From: Diplonema japonicum
Lineage: Eukaryota; Protista; Euglenozoa: Diplonemea
Assembly (NCBI GenBank): GCA_964019335.1
Contig: OZ025710.1
Span: 186,001-250,000, forward strand
Length of the DNA stretch: 64,000 nt
Reading direction: 5' to 3'
The notes under the pieces were generated by a model. That model was not told the origin of the DNA. It saw only the letters and a program-made list of their open reading frames with translations, and did not search any database. The position numbers and the translations under genes were made by a program. Of this stretch, positions 11,197-21,600 are shown piece by piece; positions within the stretch are counted from its first letter, which is position 1; each line of letters starts with the position of its first letter.

Positions 11197-13068
11197 CTAC
11201 CTCCTCTGCCTGGGGGCGCACCTGATGATGTCGTCAACCCTTAGGATCATTTCGGCAGCCTCCACCGCGTACTCCAAAGAGGAGGACTTCGACAGGAAGG
11301 ACTCGGTAATACCCGCAGCCTGCGCGTCGAGGAAGGTCCCGTTGTTGATGTCAAGACCCTGTCGGCAAGTACCGTCGGAACGACGGTGGATCTCAGCTAA
11401 ATCGTGAGCGAACTGGGCAGGCATACCAGCCGACTCCCCGATGATAAGAGGAATCTGGACAAGAGCCTGTGCGAAGGCCTCCATGGCCTTCACCTTACCG
11501 AAGGACTTCTTTTCGGCGGTCTTGAGCTCTTCATCAGTTCGGAGGGATGTCGCGGCCTTGGAGACGGCAGCAGCCATGAGAGCCTCACTGCACCCAGCAC
11601 CGAAAACAACCCTGGAGTCCCTCACAGTCGAGGCAACAATGCACAGTGCGTCCCTCAGGGAACGGTCGGCCTCCTCCAACAGCTGAGCAGAGGAACCCCT
11701 CAGAACAATGGTGCAGGCCCTGCCGCCCTTGAGCCCGCTGAACCTGATCAGCGTGTCCTCACCGATCATGACCTCGTCGATTAGGTCGCAACCGCCCATC
11801 TTAACGCCAGTGGGGTCGTCGAACTGCGACACCACCTCACCACCCAAGGCGCTCGCCAGCCTCTCGATCCCGTCGAAATCAGCGTGTTCAATGGCCATCA
11901 TACCGGCGTTGGCGAAGAGCTCCTCCGGGTAGTTGTAGATCAGCTGCCTGTTGATGAAGCAGTTGCAGTTGAAGTTGATAATTTTCTCGACCTACAAAAA
12001 AACGGGTGTAATTTTTTTTTTCTTCTTCTTTTCTCCCTTCAATAATACCTTGGCCTTCATCTTCTCCTTCTCCGCCTTTTCTATCCCTGCAACCGTGTCG
12101 ATGTTGTCAGTCTTTAGGTTTTTTTTTTTTTTTTTTTTTTTTTTAAATACCTTCACCCTCGCTCCGAAGATCTTGATTTTGTCGGTGTCCATGGATGTGT
12201 TTGCGACAAGGATCTTGGCGTTTTCAAGCCTCTTGGGCTGGCCGATACCGATCCTTTTGTTGAGGAGGAACCCGTCTTCAAGGTAGGAGTCCTGCATGGT
12301 CCCACCGAGCTTCTTCATGACGGAGATGAGTTCGAGGTTTCGGGGGCGCTTGTTGAGGGACTTGGGGGAGTTGGGCATGTCACCGATACGGAGGACTGCG
12401 TTGACAGCGAGGTTGGCGAAATGGTCTTTGTCGATGGAGAGGACCTTTGAGGACAGGGTGGTGCTGGCAATGTCGATAAGATCCTTCCTGAAGGTCTCTG
12501 GGTCGGAGAAGTGGTTAACTGCGGAGGCTTCAAGAGCCTTCTTGGCAACCTCAGCGGCCTCCCTCCAGCCTTCGATGATGGTCTGGGGGTGCAGCTGCTC
12601 GATGAGGATCAGCTTCTCTGCCTGTCTCAGAAGCTCGCCAGCCAGAACGCACACGGTAGTGGTACCGTCACCCACCTCGTCATCCTGTGTCTTGGAGATA
12701 TCGATCAAAATTTTCGCCGCTGGGTTGTCCACCAGAATGCTTTTCAGAATCGTGGCACCGTCGTTGGTCACGTTCACGGTCGCGTTCCCAGTCCTCCCGC
12801 TGCTCTGAAGGATCTTGTCCATACCCTTCGGCCCGAGCGTTGTCTTCACAAGGTCAGACAGCTGGGTTTTTTTTTTTTTTTTTTTTGTTTTTTTTTTTTT
12901 TTTTTTTTGTCATACCGCGATCGCGCCCATGAAGTTGCTCAGACGGCACTCCTCACCCTTCATCTCCATGGATCCCGCCTGTTTTTTTTTTTTTTCTTTT
13001 TTTGTGGATATTTTTTTTTCTCATACCTTCAAAATATCTACATTCGGGTTATACCTTGCTTCTTGCAT
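11197..13068 (-). CDS. CCT2: T-complex protein 1 subunit beta; introns 12979-13026, 12862-12915, 12112-12150, 11992-12048
   Basis: [54 protein letters not shown] and [13 protein letters not shown]. Confidence 0.97.
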
Positions 13069-13210
13069 TTTACTTTTCTTTTTTGGATAATTCTCTCCTG
13101 CTTTTTCATTTTTTTTTCCCCCCGTTTGCATCACGGAATAATATGAAAAAAAAAAAAAAAAAAAGAGAGATGGAGTGGTTTTTTTTTTTTTTTTTTTTTC
13201 ATTTTCATTT

Positions 13211-15106
13211 TCATTTTCTCCTCCTCTTAGCTTCGCTGCCGGCTTTACCATCGCCGCCCCGTTTTTTCGCAGCTGGTTTTTTGGCCCTTTTCGCTTGCAT
13301 CTGCGGGGTGGGTGACGCACGCGGTTTCCTGGCAGGCGCAGCCTGCTGCTCCACGTCCTTGCCGTAAAGCGAAGAGTACGCCGACCACAGCTCGTACTCC
13401 TTCCTGTTGATCTTCCGGTCGAAAATGTGGTGCCCGGTCTGAAGGTTCACCTTCACAAGGTGGTAGCTCACAGGCCGAGCCTCAGATGGGTCATCATTAA
13501 ACCCAAGATCATCATCTGAATCATGAATATACTGCCTCGTAGTCAGATGCCTGCAGACTACGGATAGAGGCGCCCGGTTTTGCGTTAGAAGCGGTACCTC
13601 ATTGTTGAACATGGTTTGGTACTGGTCAGCGATGGGGGTGGTTGTTGCTGCGGTCTTGGCGAACTGGCTTTTAAATATGGTGACCTTCGCTCTCTTTTGC
13701 TTTGGTGTGAACGAGTCGACCTCCTGCGGTGTGAAATATTTCAACAAATAATCTGAATCGGAAACCCCCGTAGAGCTCTCCACCACCTCCCGTTGTATAA
13801 ACTGTTTGAAGTCTTTGTAAGAAAGTGTCATCTTTGCAAGGTTGATCAAAGCAGCACCTGCTCCGGGGTCCTTTTTCAAACCAGATCTGAAATTGTTAAC
13901 TTGTGTTGCATAAAGAGTTATTTGAGCCATCCGAACTTTCTCATATTCTGCTTGAACACCGGAAAACCGGTGCACACCGCGTAACCGGGATAAAGTCCCA
14001 TTGAGAAAATTATCTGTTATTCCGATTTTCCACATTTTTGAGATGTCTCTGAAGACGACATCAAGCTGGCAGTATTCCACAGGTGTGATTTCTTCAATGA
14101 TTCGGCCAGATATTCGTGTGTAACCGGTTTCGCCTTGTCCGGGTTTTTTTGTATAATTTTCGGATAATGTCAACGAAACAGCTTCCTGAAGGGGTTCGTA
14201 CTGGTGAAGGCTGTCGACGAGAAGCGTTGGGTTGTCTTGAAACCCGTACTCACGCAACCAGAAGTCGGCGAGTTTCCGGCACGACGCGGGGAAGTTAGGG
14301 TCAGACGGTATAATGTTAACCGCTTTCGGTTGAGAATGCCCTGCAACAAGAACAACCTTCGGCATGCTCCTAACGGTATACTCCTCCCGTGTCTTTTTTT
14401 TTTTTCTCCCCACCCTTCGAACCAACAGAAAATCTGTTTTTTTCGGTCTGTGGATGTACAGCCTCGAGACAGAGACCTGATCGTCCAGCATAGGCGGGTT
14501 TCTAACAGGCACGTCAGGGTGAGTCCCTACAAAACAGTTTTTATTGTGTTTTGTAATGCTCACCGCCATGCCTGGTTTTGCCGAAATGGGTGGGTTTTGT
14601 TCAATTCGCTCGATCAGCGTGATAGTTTGGTTTGAGGTTGCCAAGGTAAGGGTTTGGTTCAAGGTACCGTGGCTCGGATCGGTAAGGGGCGGGAGGATTT
14701 TGAAGTTCACACCGATTTTGCGCTTCACGCCATTTGAGACAATCGGGAAATAGAATTCTTTTTCCAGTCTTTTTGCGGTCTGATGGTCGTAGCTTCCCAG
14801 CGAAGCTGAGAGATTTTCGTATCTTGCGATTTTTAGCTCCTTGTGGTCTTCGTGGTCCAGGCTATAACCCGGTTCCTTGTCCTTCCCCACGGACTTCCAT
14901 ATCCTGCCTCCTTGGTTTCTTTCTGTTACGGTTCGCCGCGTTTGTCGGTTCTCCCTCCCCCACAGGGAGGTTAGCTTTTCTTCTTTGACCAACCTTGCGC
15001 CCTGCACCCATTTGCTCAACCCTCCTATCGTTTCATTCCATCTTCCAACACACTCGTTACCTCCTTGAGTCGCTGCGAGTTGTAATTTATAGTCCAGTGG
15101 GTTCAT
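13211..15106 (-). CDS. Divergent TAF1-like (TFIID subunit 1, DUF3591 core) protein
   Basis: LIERIEQNPPISAKPGMA, YIHRPKKTDFLLVR, YTVRSMPKVVLVAGHSQP and ITPVEYCQ align by eye with the TAF1 central domain. ATG follows an (A)~67 tract. Confidence 0.65.
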   Translation of the reverse strand: MNPLDYKLQLAATQGGNECVGRWNETIGGLSKWVQGARLVKEEKLTSLWGRENRQTRRTVTERNQGGRIWKSVGKDKEPGYSLDHEDHKELKIARYENLSASLGSYDHQTAKRLEKEFYFPIVSNGVKRKIGVNFKILPPLTDPSHGTLNQTLTLATSNQTITLIERIEQNPPISAKPGMAVSITKHNKNCFVGTHPDVPVRNPPMLDDQVSVSRLYIHRPKKTDFLLVRRVGRKKKKTREEYTVRSMPKVVLVAGHSQPKAVNIIPSDPNFPASCRKLADFWLREYGFQDNPTLLVDSLHQYEPLQEAVSLTLSENYTKKPGQGETGYTRISGRIIEEITPVEYCQLDVVFRDISKMWKIGITDNFLNGTLSRLRGVHRFSGVQAEYEKVRMAQITLYATQVNNFRSGLKKDPGAGAALINLAKMTLSYKDFKQFIQREVVESSTGVSDSDYLLKYFTPQEVDSFTPKQKRAKVTIFKSQFAKTAATTTPIADQYQTMFNNEVPLLTQNRAPLSVVCRHLTTRQYIHDSDDDLGFNDDPSEARPVSYHLVKVNLQTGHHIFDRKINRKEYELWSAYSSLYGKDVEQQAAPARKPRASPTPQMQAKRAKKPAAKKRGGDGKAGSEAKRRRK

Positions 15107-15174
<68 letters not shown>

Positions 15175-15832
15175 CCCCCACCTTTTTTTTTTGTCGGATG
15201 GATGAACGATACGGGGGGGAGGGGAACATAAACTTTTTTTTTTATATTTTCTTCGTCTTGTGAGAGAAAGACACAAAAAATAAAAAAAAAAAAAAACTAA
15301 AAAAAATAATCAAAAAAAAGGATGAGGTGCGTGTACAGTTTATACCTATCTCTTTTTTTTTTTTTTCACTCTCCGTTTTTTTTTTTTTTTACGGGCGGGT
15401 TCTTCGGGGTTACGTACGGGTATTTTTTTTTAAAACTTTGCTCTATGAAAAAAAAAAGAAATGGGGGAGAAAATTAGAAATACCCCGATCCCCAACCACG
15501 CTCCTTCATTCGTATTATTTTTTAATTATTTTTTTATATAAATATAATCTCTCTTAGATACCGCATCTGGTCCCTCGCAGGAAAAAAAAAGAAAAACTTT
15601 TGCAAAAAAAAAAAGAGTTTTTTTTTTTTTTTTTTTTTTTTTTCAATATGTCTGAGCCAACTGCTGGAGTAGGGGTTAGTTTTTTTTTTTTTTTCGTTTT
15701 TTTTTTTTTTCTGCAGTTGAGGCTGCTAAGACACACCAAAAAAAAAAAAAAAAAGAAGAAGAACGAAAAAAAAAAAAAAGCGGTGGGAAATAAAGAAAAA
15801 AAAAATAACAAATAAGAAAAAAATTTCCCCCC

Positions 15833-15983
15833 TTAAACCGGTTTTTCATCATCATCAGCATGCAACTCACTGCTCACGGGAACCACCCCTCCACTGGGAC
15901 CCGTGCCACCGGGCTCAAAATCATACCCAGACCCCATCCACTCCTTAGTGGTTGGGTTCCTCAAACCGGTTACCGTCCCGAGA

Positions 15984-16015
<32 letters not shown>

Positions 16016-18314
16016 TCCCCTTAAAACCAAACCTTGGTGCGGCCCTCACGAAAGACTAATTTTGCCCCAATGGTAAGGTACTCCGGCCGATAAAGGAATT
16101 TGAAACACACACGAGCCTATGTAAAAAAAATTTTTTTTATATTAAAAAAAAAAAAAAAAAACCCTCCTCCTCCTCCCACACCTTATCCCCTGTGCGTAAC
16201 AAATCGGTGTCGAAAAGCGTAATCTTCGCAGACTGCCGAATAGTGGAACAATGGATCACGGGTTCGTACTTGGACTTGATTGTGGTGGAGTGGTAAAGAA
16301 CGATAATCTCGGCCGAGAACTCTCGGTAGGCCATGGGCGGGGCTTTCGGGGTGTATTCGAGAAGAACGTTCCCCTTTCTGACGGCAGAGCGTTTCTCTTT
16401 CTTCAAAGCGATGGCCGCATCATGCCCGGCTTCTACCTGATGAACATCCAACCCTTTCACCTGTATGCTCTTTATCTGAACAGGGCGGAACTGTCCGTTC
16501 CCGTTAGGCCCGATGAACAGGGAGTCGTTGACTTTAAAAGTACCCTTTGTGATGATCCCTCCGACAACTGTCCCGACCCCACTGACATAGAATGTCGAAT
16601 CGATGATGAGTTCTTTAGGTTCTGTTGCAAGGGATGCCCAGTCCCGTCTTATAGGGGATATGTTCAAAAAATTGATTATTTTGTTGATGTTTTCTCCGGT
16701 TACGTTCGAAACCTGGAAGACGGGGGTGATCTTGTCGTTTTTTAGGTTCTTGGCGCAGATTACAACATCCACCTCGTTCTTCACAAGATACGGTAGCTTC
16801 CTCACAGTAGGGAGCTTTAACATCTTTGTGATGGATTCCATCGTTGCTTTAATAACAGGTGCCGGGGTACTGTCCATTCTGGTCACCACGACGAAGAACG
16901 GGATGCGCAGTGCTAGACAGAGTCCTAAGTGTTCCTTCGTCATTCGTTGAATTCCGTTGTTTGCAGATATCACTATGCAAGCGTAGTCTGGAACGGATCC
17001 TGTTATACCCTGAACGGTTGTTTTGAGGTATTTTTCGTGGCCGGCGAGGTCGTACAAAGTAATGACCTTGGCAGAACGGCCGGAAAGTTCCTTGGCGGTG
17101 AGCTTGTGAACCTTTTGTGTGGTGGACGGACTGTCGCCGTCCCACGAGGCGTAGTTTACGGGATCTCCATTAGCATCAAACCCAAGGTATTGTTCACTTA
17201 CCGACGATGTTCTACCCGTGTCCTGCTCATGCTTGTGATTGAAAATTTTCGCGCGGACCAACCCACGGCCATCGTCTAGCGTCCCTCGTGTCAAAACACC
17301 TGTTAATGTTGATTTCCCGGAATCAACGTTTCCGCATATTGCAACGCGCATGTCGATGTATGTGTCTTCGCTGTCCATTCGCAGGAGGACTTCGCAACAT
17401 ACTTTCCCCTTCGGGAGTTTTTTGGTCGCGGTTACCTTCATCCCGCACCCTGTCTCGACGGCGATTTTTTTGATGACATCGAGGTTGTCTTGAAGCTGGT
17501 CTTCCTGAACACCTTCTTGCGTACCATCCCCTGCAATCCCTATCTTCATGGTGTGCTCCCGTTGATTCTCCCTCAATCGAACAAGTGTTGATTCGCAAAG
17601 CCGTGACAATCTGTCTACTGAAAGATCTAAATAGTTTGCAGGTTCAGGTTCCATAGGATGCGATGCAGGGGGTAGTGATAAAGGTGGTTCTGGTGGTGTG
17701 GAAGCAGGGCTGCTTGAAGCCGCGGAGAATGGTGTTGTTGGGTGCTGTTCGGGTGTGTGATGGAGTTGGTCGGGTTGGGGTTCTAAGTGGGTTGTTTTGG
17801 AGGATTTTTTGGGGCGTCTTTCGATTCCCTTTAGCTTTCTTGAAACGGTTGTGGCGAGGTTCCCCTGTACTATTTTGATGTCCAGTTTTCGAGTCCAATA
17901 GTTATGCTCGCCGTTCTTCCCGTTAATGGCCTGGATGGTGACCATTGGGTCTGCGATAGCCCATGTCTTTAACTCTAAAAACTCTTTTTTCCCATCGGCG
18001 CTCATTCCGTCCATAAAACAGGCCACAACCAGAAGAACAACATCATCTGTGGTGTCCATGTGCCGTTCAGGTCTGCAGCATTCCAAATAACCCCTCCCGG
18101 CCCGCTCCAAAAATTTTGTTTCCCCTACAATTTCAAAATCCTCCTTGTCCGGTGCCTCGTGGACGCCCGTTACTAGTATCTCGCTTATCCATCTCCCCAG
18201 TCCTTCTGTCTCCTCATCTATTATGGTCACGATTCGAAACCGTATTTTCTCTCGAGGGCCCGTCAATGCTTCCTCTTCTATTTTCGACGAATATTCTGCT
18301 GCTGGTCCAGCCAT
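15833..18314 (-). CDS. GTPBP1/GTPBP2-family translational GTPase with long N-terminal extension; introns 16117-16181 and 15986-16032
   Basis: GNVDSGKSTL, LDDGRG, HKHEQDTGRTSS, DLAGHEKYLKTT, LRTGDK|ARVCFKFLYRPEY and FREGRTK|GLG. Start codon uncertain. Confidence 0.9.
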
Positions 18315-18579
18315 TACCGCATATGAGGGATAGAGGGCTAAGTGGGAGGTTGGGGAAAAAATTGAGGATACAATATAAAAAAAAAAAGAGAGACGAGAAC
18401 AAAATAATAAAATAACCATGTATGAGATATTATATTTGAAAGTCAAGAGTTTTTTATTTTTATTATTATTTGTATTTTTTTCCCCCCCTCTTTAGCTTAT
18501 TTTATGTTTTCTTCTTTCTAAAAAAAAAAAAAAAAGGAAAAAAAAAAAGAATAACGAAACAGACCGACAAGTGCAGACG

Positions 18580-18613
<34 letters not shown>

Positions 18614-18692
18614 AACAAACGGATCCTACCAGAAATGACGGGGGGAAAGGAGGAAGAAGTAAAAGGAAAACTCCCATAGTTTCAATAACTGT

Positions 18693-21600
18693 TCATATGT
18701 TCCCAGTTTCAATTATTTTCTTGTTCTCTGTTTGCGCGTTGGTCGCGGTGGCATTATACGAGTTCGCCACCAGATGCATTTCAAAATCCTGCGTGTGGAC
18801 ATCAGCAAAGGTCTTGCCTGGCTGCTCACCGTAACCCCTTTCAGCAATCTCCTTAGCACGCGCCTTACGCATCACAGCAAAGTACACAACAACAGGTAAG
18901 GTCATCACCCCACACCCAATAATAATGAAAATCCACCAAGGCGCACCCGATCCCGAACCTCCTGAAGAATCACCGTTTTCCAACACTGTCAAAGGCTGAC
19001 TCCCATAAGGGCCGATAACATAAGTTGTACCTCGTGAACTCTGGCTTAACGGACCCTTGTTCACCTTTCCGTTCATAACCGCATCAACTAGGTTTTTGTC
19101 GCTCTTGTCGAACACCTCCGCAGGGGCATCCATTGTAAAATCGACGAAGATTTTGTTCTCAGTTCCAAGTTCTTTGTACACGGGGTCGGATGGCGATGGA
19201 CTGCCTCCCATAACAGTGGATTGTCTTACGTTGCTGTGCTCCTCATCACTTCCTGATGAGTCGGAGCTGTCGGACGCCGTCCATTCTTCAGGGAACCTAA
19301 AGAGTTGTTCGCCTCTCGGTGAGAATTCCTCCGGTACGTCCCCATCATCATTCAAAGGCCCAGTCTGCAGGACGCGCATGTAGCTGCCCACTTCGGTGAC
19401 AGCCTGAAGAGTAACCGCAAATTTTTCCAGAAATCTTTTGGGGTTGCGAACAACCTTGTTCCACGACGCTGTAAGGGTTAGACGGTACACCCTCCAGTTT
19501 TTCGAACCTGCTGGGTTGGGTGGTGTCGATGCCCCGCACCCTACCCCTTTCACATTGCAGCAATACGTTTTCTGACCCGATGCCATGTTCGTGGTGATGT
19601 AAGGATCCGCAGGGCATTCGTATTCACACCATTTTTCATGTAGTCTGCAACAGTCTTGTTGGGATTGTGTGTTGGTTGGTCTTGTGGAGCAGGACAGTGC
19701 GATAGGGGTCTCGCAGACACCTCGGTACGTGCAACACCAGTCTTTCTCCACAGAACTTTGATTGTTCGCATTCTTCGTGCAGTCGAACGGGCCTTGAGTC
19801 GCATTGTCCCCTTCGCATCCACGGGAAACAGTATCGCAACAGTACTCTCTTTGAACTGTCGTCCACTGGCTTGCGTCGCTTGTAGGGCAGTTCTGGACCG
19901 GTTTGTTGTCAAAACAACCGAAACCGAAATTCGCGCAACAATAACCCTTCTTCTCCGAGGAGAACACCTCCGCCGTGGAGCAGTTGTACACCGGAGTGGG
20001 GAGGTTGCGACACCCTTTCTTCCTTACGACGCAGCACCATTTGTTCTTCAACTCCGACCACGCAGAGGTGTCCGATCCCGAACAGTCGAATGTGTCGATC
20101 GGACAGCCCAGTTTTTCGTTCACACAGCACCACTGGACCTTCTCAGCAGTCCACTCTTCCGTCGTCGTGCAGTCGTAGGGCTTTGTGGTGGGGCATCCTA
20201 AAACACCAGTTTTTTCACAGCATGCTTTTTTCTTCGCGTCGGTCCAGTTCTCCGGTTGCTCTCCTGAGTAAGGGGATGTTTTGCAGTGGAAGGTTCCGCA
20301 GTGTTTTCCGCGAACGTTGCAGCACCATTCGTTCTCCTCTTCGCCTGTGATGGTGCCTTCTTTGCACGCCCAGATCTCAGGAACGCAGTAACGGTGGTCG
20401 GTGAAAACGGAGTTGACGCACTTCCAGGGCTTACCGGTGTCAGGGTTGCATTCGCACCACTTCGACACCAAACCCGATTTGACAGCGTTTGAAAACGACG
20501 GGCAGACCATACCTGAAGAGCAGTCTGCGTCGACTGTGCACACGCCTTCCTCGGGCGGCCATGAAAACTCTTTGCACAGATCGTTTGCAATGCATGTTGT
20601 CGTGTTTGAGTCGACAGACATACATGTTTCAGTGGAGGCACAGTCCTGTGTGCACGTGTTCGGGACGCACCTTCCGTTTTCACAGTGGGACGTCGCGTTG
20701 CACACAGGACATTGGGATCGGGGCTGACAACTTGTTTGGTCCTCCATCACCAGGCAGTCGTAACCCGGGGAACACACGATTTGAGAACAAAGGTCTTGTT
20801 CAGTCGGTGCGGTTCGAAGGAGGCACTCGTACGACTTACCATCGTTGGTCAGCGTGCACTGTTCCAGTGACGAGCAAGGCCGTCCAGAACAGGAACACGC
20901 GTCGCGACACTCCGACGGGGCTATGCATTGCCAAGACGTGATTTGCAGAGACGGCTTCAACACAGAGACGCACTTCTGCGAGTTGATGCAGCCCCCACAG
21001 TTGACCTCATTGGTGTCTATGCACATCGCAGTTCGGATATCTTTAAGATGGCAGGACGTCCCATGCGGGCATGTCAGGAGTTCACACAAATCATCGTCAC
21101 CGTGGTTAACACATTTCGGGCCGCTCTGCAGCACTTTGCACACCAAGGGCGCCGTGCAGGTGATGGTCTCGCATAGATTTATCGGGGTGCAAATCTCCTT
21201 TCCACAGGTGTGGACGGGACACCCATCCTGTCCTATCACAATGTCTTTTGAGAATGTGCACCCCAGCGACGGGGTGCACGCTTGCTTCATCATTGGGCAT
21301 TCTTTCCCCACGCATACCCCTTGTCCAGCGCCTGACGGGATGCAGGCCTTGTTCTGCAGCACACATTGTTTTCGTTGGTCTTCCGTGCAGGTTTCCTGCG
21401 TGCTGCAGTCCAACATCCCGCATGGGTAGATAGGGCAGCCCTTCACGTCCATCGGTGTACCGCCTTTGATCGTTGTGTAAACACACCCAGAGGGGGGCTG
21501 GGAACAGTCGGTGGTGGGGCACTTAAATTCAACACACTCAGGCTCGCCTGCAGCATTGATGGTGCAGTCCTTTCGAGGGGACGACACAGCACAGAGAGCA

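Noticed and set aside
6740-13068. COG4 and CCT2 as frameshifted pseudogenes or programmed frameshifts
   Set aside because: Every break is bounded by GT...AG, and precise removal restores the conserved sequence.
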